Assembly (NCBI GenBank): GCA_027460535.1 | Contig: JAPZAR010000011.1 | Location: 120,001-152,000 of the forward strand | Source of the DNA: Candidatus Methanoperedens sp. | GTDB lineage: Archaea > Halobacteriota > Methanosarcinia > Methanosarcinales > Methanoperedenaceae | Length of the DNA: 32,000 bases | Reading direction: 5' to 3' | Part shown: positions 14,971-24,388 of the stretch, one piece after another | Layout: each line of letters opens with the position of its first letter | Numbering within the stretch: the stretch's first letter is position 1 | Position numbers and translations under genes: made by a program | Notes under the pieces: model-generated | The model's database searches: none | Seen by the model: the letters and a program-made list of their open reading frames with translations, nothing else | Told to the model about the DNA's origin: nothing

Positions 14971-16380
14971 TTATTTCTGTTTTGGCGGCCAATTTTTTTC
15001 CATCCATCCGGGGATGCGTCCTGAGTCCGGAGGACCTATCATTACTCGAAGTCCTGTGGCATCCTCGACATCTCCCTGCAACCGCGCGGCAAGCCCCGGT
15101 AGAATGAGAGTACTATGAGATGTCTTCTCCTTGAAATCAAACTTGGCTTTCTGGAATGTATCATTGATCTTTGCCGCGGTAAGCTGTCCTCCGGCTACGG
15201 AGGCTTCCACTCCTATGCCATCGGTATCTACCGCTGCAAGATAACAATTTATTTTATTGGAGGAAAGATCGCTCTCCACGGTATAATATGTTAGAGCAAA
15301 GTTGGTGGTGACTATTACAGGTGAATCCTTCATGGGAGTTCCAACCTCATTGACCCCAGGAGCTACCTTGACCGGCGTTCTGGGATCGGTGTAAATGGTA
15401 TCCCGCAGGTGGACCTCAGGCAGCATGGCATAAGGCTCAAGGCTGTGAAGTATCATAATGTCCCCGTATCTCACTATGAAGACCGAGGCAAGCACCGTTT
15501 CCCAGTACGAGGCCGTGACTGCATCCTTATAGACGAGCCACGCGTTGAGCGGAATAGACATGAGAGGGTATGCTATGTCCTTCTGTCCCTCTTTTATCCC
15601 TGCCCGTCGAAGCTTGGTGAATTTCTCAAATGTCTCTTTTAGCTGCTTTCCCTGAGGGTATGTGCCCGGGTCAAGTACAAGGTCTTTTATTCCCATTTCG
15701 CGAAAAGTAAGGGCAAGCGATTTGAGCTTATCCAGGTCTGTCGAGAACAACACTACAGGGACTTTATAATTTAAAGCCAGTTCGCTAACTTCTCCCCAAT
15801 TCTTCTCCGTAGCCGCATATATTAGTGGATTCTTATCCTTGACAACCTCAAGTCCTGCCTTCAGGACCGCAGGATCAAGAGAACATAGAATGAGGGGGAG
15901 TTTTGTTGTTTCGCTTGTTTTCCTTACCACGCCCGCGAACTTCAGGGCATCTCCTGAAACGCACCTTACTGCCACCATGTCCACCTTAAGGAATTTTCCG
16001 ACATAGAATTTCCTGAAGTTCGAGATCTTATTTATTCTATCAACCAGCTCCTGTTCAGGCAGGGTATCCCAGACATCGTAAGCAAACGCCGTTGGGTCAA
16101 AGAAGGTCAACTGGTGGCGGTAGAGAACGTCGTCCCCGCCTATCTTCTTTGCAGTTTCTCCAACACCTATTATGATCTCACGGATCTCCGGGGCAAGGAG
16201 CGTCTGCAGTTCCAGATATTTTTTCTGGTATTCATCCTTCAGAAGAGGCGGGCAGTCATCCATTTTTTTTGACCTGTCGATGAGATGGGCGGCAAACGCC
16301 ATGCACGTCGCATCCCCGCATTCGGCGCAATTTATCTGGGGCAAGTATTTATAGACCTGAAGAGGGCTGTTCAGCTTCAT
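14971..16380 (-). CDS. cdhE: Acetyl-CoA decarbonylase/synthase complex gamma subunit (corrinoid Fe-S protein large subunit)
   Basis: The 469-aa N-terminus [47 protein letters not shown] is the CdhE 4Fe-4S-binding signature. A TIM-barrel-like body follows. Confidence 0.9.
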   Translation of the reverse strand: MKLNSPLQVYKYLPQINCAECGDATCMAFAAHLIDRSKKMDDCPPLLKDEYQKKYLELQTLLAPEIREIIIGVGETAKKIGGDDVLYRHQLTFFDPTAFAYDVWDTLPEQELVDRINKISNFRKFYVGKFLKVDMVAVRCVSGDALKFAGVVRKTSETTKLPLILCSLDPAVLKAGLEVVKDKNPLIYAATEKNWGEVSELALNYKVPVVLFSTDLDKLKSLALTFREMGIKDLVLDPGTYPQGKQLKETFEKFTKLRRAGIKEGQKDIAYPLMSIPLNAWLVYKDAVTASYWETVLASVFIVRYGDIMILHSLEPYAMLPEVHLRDTIYTDPRTPVKVAPGVNEVGTPMKDSPVIVTTNFALTYYTVESDLSSNKINCYLAAVDTDGIGVEASVAGGQLTAAKINDTFQKAKFDFKEKTSHSTLILPGLAARLQGDVEDATGLRVMIGPPDSGRIPGWMEKNWPPKQK

Positions 16381-17663
16381 TATAACACCGCCGAGACCCA
16401 GTTATCAATGTTCGCCGGCTCGCTTTCCTTTTGGCCGTATAGCATCAGCGTTATCTCTTTGAGCACCTGGACTGCGGTCGGGTGCATCATCATGAAAAGA
16501 TCGTTCCCGGCAAGGGATAGTGTCAATCCCGTGACGATTTCCCAGATCGGGCCCCTGTACTCTCTCGGGCCCCAGTCGGAATCCTCCTTCAGAGGCGAGG
16601 AGACCATCCAGGCCTCACGCGCACCCCATGCATTGGTAGTGCCGCTTGACATCGGGAAATTCAGCTCGGTATCGCCTGTCAGACCTGCAAGCCTTATTCT
16701 CTCCATGTTCGTATAAGCGTAATCAAGCCCGTATCCAAGCGCCGCTGTCGTGGGATCCATCAGCATATTCTCACGGGCTACGCCACACTGTTTCATTAAT
16801 TTCCGGTTAAGTTCCTTCTGCGCATTTATCTCAAGCTGCGTCCATGAAAGCACGACGTGATTGTATTTCTTCGCGGCTTCCGCTATCCGCGCATAGTCAA
16901 GGTTCAGGCTTGCGGAGGCAAGAAGACAGCGCTCGCCTTCTGCCACTTCTGCCGCTTTCTCAAGTACTGCGGGGTCCTTCTCAGGATTGCCGGAGCCCCC
17001 GATCACAATGGGTACATCCACGGCCTGGAGCACTTCCTCCACGGTTTTCGCAGCCTGCGCAGGCGACGTATCCTTGATGTTAGGGTCTGTGCTTATGAGA
17101 TGGATCGTGACCATGTCCGCACCGAAGTCACGCACGACTTTCTTTGCCCACTCCGCCGGGCTGTTTATCACGTCCTCATAGTTGGATTTGACAGCCTTTG
17201 CCATATTGATTGGCATATCGAAAACATCCATTGTGATGTGATTCCTGTGAGGCATTGCGGAATCGAAATAATAGGGAAGTGCGTTCTCTCCCCCCAGGGT
17301 TACAGTGCTCTTGCGCGAGCCCCCATCGGACGAAGTGGCGCCCAGCACGACCTCCTGTATCGGGGTTTTCCATTCTTCAGTTTTTTTTATGCTGAATTTT
17401 GATTCTATAAGCTTGCTGAGCCTCATGGGTTTTGGCAGCCCGCCAAGCATCTGGTCAACAGGATAGCCAAGAATTCTGGATATATTCATTAAGTGAAGGG
17501 CTAACTGAGCTGTCTCATGCCCCAACGCATAAGCCATCTGAGGATTAAGGCCTGCCGCGCCAAGGTCTATCTCTACATCGCCTTCTATTTTCACTCCCTC
17601 AAGAGCTTCGATCTCACCGCCGAACAGGCTGCCAAGTTCAGAGAGTTTAATCTTTTTAGTCAT
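16380..17663 (-). CDS. cdhD: Acetyl-CoA decarbonylase/synthase complex delta subunit (corrinoid Fe-S protein small subunit)
   Basis: The 427-aa N-terminus is [34 protein letters not shown]. CdhD-like sequence continues throughout. It has a TAATG overlap with cdhE. Confidence 0.9.
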   Translation of the reverse strand: MTKKIKLSELGSLFGGEIEALEGVKIEGDVEIDLGAAGLNPQMAYALGHETAQLALHLMNISRILGYPVDQMLGGLPKPMRLSKLIESKFSIKKTEEWKTPIQEVVLGATSSDGGSRKSTVTLGGENALPYYFDSAMPHRNHITMDVFDMPINMAKAVKSNYEDVINSPAEWAKKVVRDFGADMVTIHLISTDPNIKDTSPAQAAKTVEEVLQAVDVPIVIGGSGNPEKDPAVLEKAAEVAEGERCLLASASLNLDYARIAEAAKKYNHVVLSWTQLEINAQKELNRKLMKQCGVARENMLMDPTTAALGYGLDYAYTNMERIRLAGLTGDTELNFPMSSGTTNAWGAREAWMVSSPLKEDSDWGPREYRGPIWEIVTGLTLSLAGNDLFMMMHPTAVQVLKEITLMLYGQKESEPANIDNWVSAVL

Positions 17664-17710
17664 TCTTACATCCCATTTTGCATTATTAATCGTCCAAAAT
17701 ATGACAGGCT

Positions 17711-17724
17711 ACATATATACTTTT
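17711..17724 (-). promoter_or_regulatory. Candidate BRE/TATA for cdhDE
   Basis: The minus strand reads AAAAGTATATATGT about 50-60 nt upstream of cdhD ATG 17663, within the 71-bp spacer after argH. This is a pattern match only. Confidence 0.35.
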
Positions 17725-17734
17725 ACAAAAAGAT

Positions 17735-19201
17735 TCACCTACACTGCCTGAGTACCTTTTCAAGTTCTTCCGAAGCAATATTGATCTTTTTGCGTATGGC
17801 ATTGATCTCTCTCCCGCAATCATCGAGTTTTCCTTTAAGCACTTTCACCTGGCGCTTAGTTTCCTTCGGCGCAGGACCCCCCAATACCGCTCGCTTCTTG
17901 ATATTTCCCACAGAATCGAGGGCTTCTTTTACGCTTTTTTCAGTCAAACCTCTTTCACTCAATTTTTCATTCAGGATTTCTAATGAGAGCTCATCCAAGT
18001 CAGAGAGTGTCGGAGTCTTCCCGCCTTTTGCGATCATTCCCACTATATGATGTGCTGTCCGAAACGGGATACCCGTGCTGCGCACAATGGTATCCGCAAG
18101 CTCTGTCGCGGTCATGAATCCCATTTCCGATGCGTCTCTCATCTTTTCTTCTTTGACCTTCATCGTTCCAACCATTCCCCGTGCCATGCGCGTTGAAGAC
18201 CGCACCGCATCAGCGGCGCGCCACAGATGCCAGGTGGCTTCCTGGAGGTCGCGATTGTAGCTGTATGGAAGCGCTTTGCATATCGTCAATACAGACATCA
18301 GAGCGCCGTGGACCGTTCCTGCTTTTGCGCGCATGAGTTCTGCAACATCCGGATTTTTTTTCTGCGGCATTATGGAAGATGTGGAAGAGTATGTATCATC
18401 AAGTTCGATAAAGCTAAATTCTGATGAGCTCCACAGGATGAGTTCCTCTGCAAGGCGGGAAAGATCCGTCATAAGGTTGCTGAATGTACTTATGGATTCG
18501 ATCATGAAATCGCGCGTGCTTACAGCATCCATTGAATTTTCAAGGACTGCGCCGAAGCCCAGCAACGCCGCCGTTCTCTGCCTGTCTATCGGAAAACCCG
18601 TGGAGGCAAATGCTGCTGCGCCGAGCGGGTTCTGATTAGTGCGCTCGTATGCACCCCTGATGCGTTCAAGGTCGCGCAAGAAAGCGTTCGAATGGGCAAG
18701 AAGATGATGCGAAAGAGTGGTGGGCTGTGCATGCTGGGTATGGGTAAAGCCCGGCATAATGGTTTCGTGGTGATTTGAAGCGGTGCTGAGGAGGGTCACG
18801 ATGAGGTCTGAGACTTCTTCCATAAGGTTTATGAGTTCATCCCGAAGCGAGAGCCGGATACACGCTGCAACCTCATCGTTGCGAGATCTGCCCGAATGCA
18901 TCCTTCCGCCAGTATCCTCGCCCACAAGTTCAATAAGCCGCGCTTCTAAGGCTATGTGTACATCTTCGTAGGTTGTGTCAAGAGCGGAGATCCCCTCTTT
19001 TCGGATCTTATCAAGTGCAGTAAGAATGATAGAACAAACCCCGTCAGTAATAATGCCCTGTTCATTGAGCATTATAACATGGGATTTATCGACTTCTATG
19101 TCGGAGTCAAATATTCTCTTATCTGCCTCCATGGATGATGTATAAAGCATCGCGTCTTTATCCGGCTCTATCGTAAGCCGCCCTCGTCTCAATATATCCA
19201 T
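17735..19201 (-). CDS. argH: Argininosuccinate lyase
   Basis: The 488-aa product carries the fumarate-lyase signature SSTSSIMPQKKNPDVAEL. ArgH-like blocks include GRSRNDEVA and TQHAQPTTLSHHLLAH. Confidence 0.92.
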   Translation of the reverse strand: MDILRRGRLTIEPDKDAMLYTSSMEADKRIFDSDIEVDKSHVIMLNEQGIITDGVCSIILTALDKIRKEGISALDTTYEDVHIALEARLIELVGEDTGGRMHSGRSRNDEVAACIRLSLRDELINLMEEVSDLIVTLLSTASNHHETIMPGFTHTQHAQPTTLSHHLLAHSNAFLRDLERIRGAYERTNQNPLGAAAFASTGFPIDRQRTAALLGFGAVLENSMDAVSTRDFMIESISTFSNLMTDLSRLAEELILWSSSEFSFIELDDTYSSTSSIMPQKKNPDVAELMRAKAGTVHGALMSVLTICKALPYSYNRDLQEATWHLWRAADAVRSSTRMARGMVGTMKVKEEKMRDASEMGFMTATELADTIVRSTGIPFRTAHHIVGMIAKGGKTPTLSDLDELSLEILNEKLSERGLTEKSVKEALDSVGNIKKRAVLGGPAPKETKRQVKVLKGKLDDCGREINAIRKKINIASEELEKVLRQCR

Positions 19202-19273
19202 AGTCTCCCTAATTCATGTCATTATAAATATAGACTTCCCATGTAAATGTTAGAAGAAGGAATTTGTGCTAAG

Positions 19274-19293
19274 ATCCAGAATCCAATCTGGAT
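19274..19293. promoter_or_regulatory. Perfect 7-bp-arm palindrome between divergent promoters (ATCCAGA-N6-TCTGGAT)
   Basis: It was read directly from the sequence. It sits between a TATA-like ATTATAAATATA (19221-19232, argH side) and CATATATAA (19319-19327, lipid/anchoring operon side). Confidence 0.25.
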
Positions 19294-19351
19294 ATACTCC
19301 AGTTCTTTCTACTGATAACATATATAATTCTTAGAGGTAGCATTTGGACAC

Positions 19352-19864
19352 GTGTACTTGCCCCTTCTATTGACCCTAAGTTTTCTTTCAGGCTCGTTGA
19401 TGAAACTCACCGACGATATTATGGACCGGAACCTCCGCATTTCACACCTGTTATCCATACCTCCAGGGCTTGCGTACGGGTTATTTATGGGATATCTGAT
19501 GATCGCAGATGCAAATGCAGCGGTTCTCTTTGGAGGGATCGTTCTCGGCTGCCTGGTGACAGGAAAAATAAATGGCATCGGTCATTATTTCGGTCTCACC
19601 GGTATACTTGCAGTGCTTTTCATGAAAGGTATAAAGCTCTCTCCGCTCGTCTTTTTAATCGCGGCGCTGGCTGCCCTGGATGAAACTGGAGATATGATGC
19701 ATGTCAAAAAGTTCACATTCATATTCGATTACAGGGTCATCCTTAAGCTCGGGATACTTGCCCTTGTCATTCTGAATATCGCGGGGATCAACGCTCTGCT
19801 TATCCTTCTTGCATTCGATCTAGCCTATATCCTTACGGAAATGATAGGCAGGAAGCTGGCATGA
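19352..19864 (+). CDS. Polytopic membrane protein of unknown family with DDxxD and DxxxD motifs
   Basis: The 170-aa ORF has a GTG start with GAGGT 14 nt upstream. About 6 hydrophobic helices are predicted. Acidic motifs are KLTDDIMDR after TM1 and ALDETGD after TM5. It has an ATGA overlap with the downstream flavoprotein gene. Confidence 0.6.
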   Translation: MYLPLLLTLSFLSGSLMKLTDDIMDRNLRISHLLSIPPGLAYGLFMGYLMIADANAAVLFGGIVLGCLVTGKINGIGHYFGLTGILAVLFMKGIKLSPLVFLIAALAALDETGDMMHVKKFTFIFDYRVILKLGILALVILNIAGINALLILLAFDLAYILTEMIGRKLA

Positions 19865-20871
19865 GATATGATGTTGTTGTCATCGGCGCCGGGCCTGCAG
19901 GTTCAATTGCGGCTATGCATCTTTCTTCACTTGGCCACCGAACCCTGCTGATAGACCCCCTGGAAACGAAAAAGGTATGCGCAGGGATACTCACTTCACA
20001 GTATGCCAGGAGATACGGGATAGAAGATGTTCTTGTAGAAAAGGAATTGAGAGGTGTCAGAATATCGGTCCATGATATCAGGGCGGAAATAACCTACAGG
20101 AAGGCGGTTGATTACTCCATAAACCGCGCGTTATATGATTCCTTCAATCTGGATCTGGCTCTTGCTGCGGGTTGCGAACTCAGGAAAGAAAGGGTCTTAT
20201 CATTGGATGAGAAGGAGTCCGCTGTTGTGGTCAGGACAAGAAAGGAACGTATCATCGCAGATTATGCCATCGTCGCAGCAGGAGCATCGGAATTGAGCGC
20301 ACTCCATGGAGGCACCAGAAGGTATGCGTTCTGCGTCCAGCAAAAAAAAGACCAAAAACCCGGCGATTATTTTGAAATGGAGCTGCATAATGAGGGATAC
20401 TCCTGGATAGCCCCAAAAAAAGAGCACGTTCTTACAGGCACTTCCTCGCTCCGTGATTACCCTGATATTCCCGGAGAAAAAGCTTTGATACCCCTCGAAC
20501 CTATGAAAAATTCATTTTCCGGAAGATGCCTTCTTGCCGGGGATTCTGCGGGATTCGTATCCCCGTTCGAAGGGGAAGGGATCTATTATGCCAGGCGATC
20601 GGGCGAGATCGCCGCTGAAACGGTATCCTGTGCCATTTCTGGCAAGAATGGATTGGAAGAATATGAAAGATGCTGGAAAAGAGAATTCGACTTTTCCACA
20701 TTGAAAATACTTTCCCGGCTATTATCAGGCGATAATGCCAGGGAAGCGTTCGTGAGAGCTATAAGGGATGATGATAGATTTAATAAGCTTGTAGAAGATA
20801 TTCTGACTAAAAATAAAAGAAACGGTTTAAAGATTGCCCCTTTCCTGATAAAAACATTGGCTCGTATATAA
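19861..20871 (+). CDS. FAD-dependent oxidoreductase of the geranylgeranyl-reductase family (short form)
   Basis: The 336-aa N-terminus has the dinucleotide fold MRYDVVVIGAGPAGSIAAMHLSSLGHRTLLID. The GGR-like motif LLAGDSAGFVSPFEGEGIYYA is present. It is shorter than the ~390-410 aa of canonical archaeal GGR as I remember it. Confidence 0.75.
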   Translation: MRYDVVVIGAGPAGSIAAMHLSSLGHRTLLIDPLETKKVCAGILTSQYARRYGIEDVLVEKELRGVRISVHDIRAEITYRKAVDYSINRALYDSFNLDLALAAGCELRKERVLSLDEKESAVVVRTRKERIIADYAIVAAGASELSALHGGTRRYAFCVQQKKDQKPGDYFEMELHNEGYSWIAPKKEHVLTGTSSLRDYPDIPGEKALIPLEPMKNSFSGRCLLAGDSAGFVSPFEGEGIYYARRSGEIAAETVSCAISGKNGLEEYERCWKREFDFSTLKILSRLLSGDNAREAFVRAIRDDDRFNKLVEDILTKNKRNGLKIAPFLIKTLARI

Positions 20872-20906
20872 AATATATAATCTGATAAATCCTTAGGTAA
20901 TAAAAT

Positions 20907-21722
20907 ATGACAGAAAGCATACTCTGGTTGGCCCTCGGCCTGCTTGTAACAGCTTCGATCATCCCGAGGCAAAATGATCTCAAATTCAAGTTTGCAGGTG
21001 CTGGTTGGGGGTTTTTTGCAGTGCACTGGGTACTCCAGTCACCGCACTATGCGCAGGTTGAAGACTATGTTAATGTGGTCCTGACAATTGTTGCTGCTGT
21101 GTTATGTGTTTTTATAGGGTATGTCATGATACGCAAAGATAAGAGGATCCTCAGGGACATCAATGGCATAAGCACCACGACGTCCCTTTTTATGGCCACT
21201 ACTGCAGCAGCTATCGGAGGTATCTCATATTTTATCTTTTCCGAGATCCAGACGATGAATACTTGGATCATCTCAACGGTGACCGATCAGACTATCTGGC
21301 TTGCATCGCTTGTTGGCGTTACGATAACGAAATTGGACTGGAACATCATAGCGGTCAACGGCTACAAGGTGGAGATCATACTTGCATGCACAGCGATTGA
21401 AAGCATTGCGCTGTTCATAGGAATTATCGCATGTGTCAATACGCCAATTAAAAGGCAGGCGCAGGCATTCCTTGTTTCCGTCCCCGTTATTTACGGCCTG
21501 AACCTCATTCGAAACGTGTTCGTGGTCGATGCCTATGGAATGACCTGGTTCGGAAGCCCCGACATGAGTTTTTATATCGCGCACACGGTCATAGCAAAAA
21601 TAGGTTCCCTCATAGCGCTATTTTTAATAGCCTGGGCTGTCCTGAAAATACTCCCTGAGATCATAGACATGATAGATGGTATTATGAACCTGGTCGGGGG
21701 AATATTCAAGAATGCTGGCTAA
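20907..21722 (+). CDS. artA: Archaeosortase (A-type inferred from context)
   Basis: The 271-aa polytopic membrane protein has the conserved Cys in VEIILACTAIESIALFIG, the Arg in GLNLIRNVFVV and a His in FYIAHTVIAKIG. The A-type assignment is inferred from the PGF-CTERM substrate in this window and the pssD/pssA adjacency. Confidence 0.75.
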   Translation: MTESILWLALGLLVTASIIPRQNDLKFKFAGAGWGFFAVHWVLQSPHYAQVEDYVNVVLTIVAAVLCVFIGYVMIRKDKRILRDINGISTTTSLFMATTAAAIGGISYFIFSEIQTMNTWIISTVTDQTIWLASLVGVTITKLDWNIIAVNGYKVEIILACTAIESIALFIGIIACVNTPIKRQAQAFLVSVPVIYGLNLIRNVFVVDAYGMTWFGSPDMSFYIAHTVIAKIGSLIALFLIAWAVLKILPEIIDMIDGIMNLVGGIFKNAG

Positions 21723-22341
21723 GGGGTCATTATCCTGGATCGGCGGTGCAATTCTCCTTGCATTCGCAGCCGGATATGCTTTCATTTATTCAGGTCTTGC
21801 TTCTATGATGTTTGCTTTTCTATTTGGCATTCTAGTGATCCTAGCTATCTTTTTCATCATTTTCTTCCGCGACCCGGAGCGAACGCCTGAGGGGGATGAG
21901 AACGATGCCGTTTCACCAGCAGATGGGAGGGTCATATCTATGCAAGACAGGACAATCTGCATTTTCATGAACATCCACAATGTGCATGTGAACCGGGCGC
22001 CTCTAGCGGGCACAGTCACCCATATTGATTATAAACCAGGCGGCTATATCCCTGCTTTCAATAAGGACTCGTATGTGAACGAGCGCAACCATGTTGTAAT
22101 GAAAACAGAGCATAGTGCTCTTGAGATCACCCAGATAGCAGGTGTCCTGACAAGGCGCATAGTCTCTTACATCAGCGAAGGGAGCGAATTGAAAAGAGGT
22201 GAGCGCATAGGCATGATCCGTTTCGGTTCGCGCGTGGACGTGATAATCCCGAAAGGTTATGAGTTCACAGTCAAAGTTAATGACAGGGTCAGGGCGGGCG
22301 AGACGATTATCGCAATGCTGAAAGAGAAAAATAGGAGATGA
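21712..22341 (+). CDS. psd: Archaetidylserine (phosphatidylserine) decarboxylase proenzyme
   Basis: The 209-aa product has two N-terminal TM helices. PSD-like blocks are SPADGRV and NVHVNRAPLAGTV. The self-cleavage-type motif is IRFGSRVDVIIP. It overlaps artA by 11 nt. Confidence 0.85.
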   Translation: MLAKGSLSWIGGAILLAFAAGYAFIYSGLASMMFAFLFGILVILAIFFIIFFRDPERTPEGDENDAVSPADGRVISMQDRTICIFMNIHNVHVNRAPLAGTVTHIDYKPGGYIPAFNKDSYVNERNHVVMKTEHSALEITQIAGVLTRRIVSYISEGSELKRGERIGMIRFGSRVDVIIPKGYEFTVKVNDRVRAGETIIAMLKEKNRR

Positions 22342-23015
22342 AAATGGGAGAGAACATCCTCAGACTCATAAAACCTGCCGATATAATAACCCTCATCAAC
22401 GCATTACTGGGATTTTTTTCGATAATATTGATAATTCAGGGACAGTTCGAGGGAGCGCTTGTGGTGATCCTTATTGCTGTAATAGCTGACGGCGCAGACG
22501 GCGCGGTGGCGAGGTACACCGGGTACGGAACACTTGGTGCGAACCTGGATTCCCTTGCAGACGTGATATCGTTTGGCGTTGCCCCTGCAGTTGCCGCTTT
22601 TGTTTATCTCAATGGGTCCGGCATTTTTCCGGGTCTTTTCCTGGTCTGCGGCATGCTGCGTCTTGCAAGGTTCAACGTGGCAGGTAAAAAAGATAGCTTT
22701 GAGGGCATACCAATAACTTCGGCGGGTTTTCTCGTGGCACTTTTTCTCCTCGCGAGGGATTACATACCATATGTGGAATATGCTTTTTCCCTGCTTCTTG
22801 TTATCATTTCTCTCCTCATGGTCAGCACGATAGGTTACCCCAAATTAAAAAGCCCCGCTATCCTGGCACCGATGGGGATACTGCTTGTTCTTGATATTGT
22901 TGTTTTCTATTTTGGGTACCCGGATATGGCCAAAATCGCATCCTTAATATTGCTTGTCCTTGTATGTGCTTACATATTGAGTCCGCTTGGACGGAGGTTC
23001 TATGGCAGAAGTTAA
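22338..23015 (+). CDS. pssA: CDP-alcohol phosphatidyltransferase, archaetidylserine synthase type
   Basis: The 225-aa product has the CDP-OH-P transferase motif DGADGAVAR(x8)GANLDSLADVISFG. It has multiple TM helices and an ATGA overlap with psd. Confidence 0.85.
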   Translation: MKMGENILRLIKPADIITLINALLGFFSIILIIQGQFEGALVVILIAVIADGADGAVARYTGYGTLGANLDSLADVISFGVAPAVAAFVYLNGSGIFPGLFLVCGMLRLARFNVAGKKDSFEGIPITSAGFLVALFLLARDYIPYVEYAFSLLLVIISLLMVSTIGYPKLKSPAILAPMGILLVLDIVVFYFGYPDMAKIASLILLVLVCAYILSPLGRRFYGRS

Positions 23016-23358
23016 TGAGCGGGATATAGCGGTCTTCGAAGCCGGGATCAAACTCGGAGCGCTTTACCACCAGTTCGTGGGAACACCCATCAATACGGAA
23101 ACTATTGATGACCTTTCAAGAGCAATGGAGCAGAGCGTGGTCCTGCAGCCGTATGTCAGGAGCGTGAGCGTTATGATAGACCGTGAGATGGTCGAGAAAA
23201 AGCAGAACCCGAAGTTCGAATACTGCGAGCTTGAGGGGAGGATGCTGCACGTGACCCTGCAGGTGCTTTACAAAAATATTATTGCGCATGTGGAACTTGC
23301 ATACGATGAAGAACTGGATTATCCGATGATGAAAGTCAAGAAGATTGAGGAGATGTAA
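23002..23358 (+). CDS. mptD: Probable archaeal dihydroneopterin aldolase (MptD-like, PF04038-type)
   Basis: The 118-aa ORF starts at ATG 23002, with GGAGG 5 nt upstream, and overlaps the pssA end. AVFEAGIKLGALYHQFVGTPI and YCELEGRMLHVTLQV resemble the MptD family as I remember it. The family assignment is from memory only. Confidence 0.5.
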   Translation: MAEVNERDIAVFEAGIKLGALYHQFVGTPINTETIDDLSRAMEQSVVLQPYVRSVSVMIDREMVEKKQNPKFEYCELEGRMLHVTLQVLYKNIIAHVELAYDEELDYPMMKVKKIEEM

Positions 23359-23395
23359 ACTGGAATCGATATACCAGCAAAAAATTTAATGAATT

Positions 23396-24388
23396 TTATT
23401 TTACTTTGCCAAATATTTTTAATATATAATATGTCGCAGCAGGCAAGACTGCAATTTTGACTACAGTATCTATACTAAGGCCTGAAATAAATTGAATAAT
23501 CCGTTCGATATTAAAAATTGCATATGCAACAGCGATCACCAACGCTACAATTATTATTGGACTTTTTATCTCTCGCCACTTTATTTGGCTTTCTCCAAAA
23601 TATTCACTAATTTCTTTTACTATAGGCCTATATCTTGAAAAATATTTATTTAGTTCGTCTTTAATTCCTTCTGGGGTTTCGGTAATGTTGCCACCAATAA
23701 GCTTTTCCATAATTAGAGAATATGAGTGAACTATTTCTGAATCAAACGCTCTGATTCCATCTTGGTCGTTGTAAAATATGATTAAACTTAATGAGTAAGT
23801 AGATGGGCTTTGATTTTTTGCGTATTTTATTAAAACAGTTTCGTTAGGTTCCCTATAAAACTTATACATTTCTTCAAAATCAACCCCACCAATGTATTCA
23901 AATGTTAAAATTTCGGTAAGAAAAAATTTTACCAAACTTTTTGTCTTCTTAGCATCAGCTTCAACCGTGAAAGAAATGGTTTTTATGTTTTCAATAACTT
24001 TATCGTCAATTCGAATGCCAAAGAATCTGATTAACTGGTAGGAATATATGTGAATAATCAAAGAAACAATAAAAGAAAAAAGTAAAATTACTAAGTATGA
24101 ATCTCTAATTGTAGGTAAGTTGAGTAATTCAGGCTGTCTGAAATTAGCCATTAACACAAAAAAGAACAGTGAAAAAATCATTGCTGTAAAATAGACAAGT
24201 TGTTTGGTTTTAACGTACAGTCCTTTATACGCGATTAAGAGTATAATTGGAATAAATACTATCGGAAAAAAGGCCGATATTAAAAGGAGATTTTCAAGTT
24301 TTGAATAATAGCCACCTATAAGAAAGATAATTACTAAGCATAGAAAAGATACAATACAATTTGTAAGGGTTTTTCTGTCTTCAGGCAT
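23396..24388 (-). CDS. Hypothetical membrane protein in an AT-rich islet (4 N-terminal TM, ~170-aa soluble middle, 2 C-terminal TM)
   Basis: It is the only long ORF in this stretch, at 330 aa. The composition is strongly N/K/I/F-rich. I recognise no motif. Confidence 0.7.
   Translation of the reverse strand: MPEDRKTLTNCIVSFLCLVIIFLIGGYYSKLENLLLISAFFPIVFIPIILLIAYKGLYVKTKQLVYFTAMIFSLFFFVLMANFRQPELLNLPTIRDSYLVILLFSFIVSLIIHIYSYQLIRFFGIRIDDKVIENIKTISFTVEADAKKTKSLVKFFLTEILTFEYIGGVDFEEMYKFYREPNETVLIKYAKNQSPSTYSLSLIIFYNDQDGIRAFDSEIVHSYSLIMEKLIGGNITETPEGIKDELNKYFSRYRPIVKEISEYFGESQIKWREIKSPIIIVALVIAVAYAIFNIERIIQFISGLSIDTVVKIAVLPAATYYILKIFGKVK

Noticed and set aside
14882-15007. 42-codon N-terminal extension of the ftsZ-family ORF
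   Set aside because: It would overlap the cdhE 3' end by 37 nt and adds non-FtsZ-like sequence. The internal ATG at 14881 has a GGAGG at ideal spacing and begins just before the T1 region.
16857-18050. 181-aa and 177-aa plus-strand ORFs (16857-17402, 17517-18050)
   Set aside because: They are antisense to cdhD and to the cdhD/argH junction. They have no motifs and overlap strongly supported genes.
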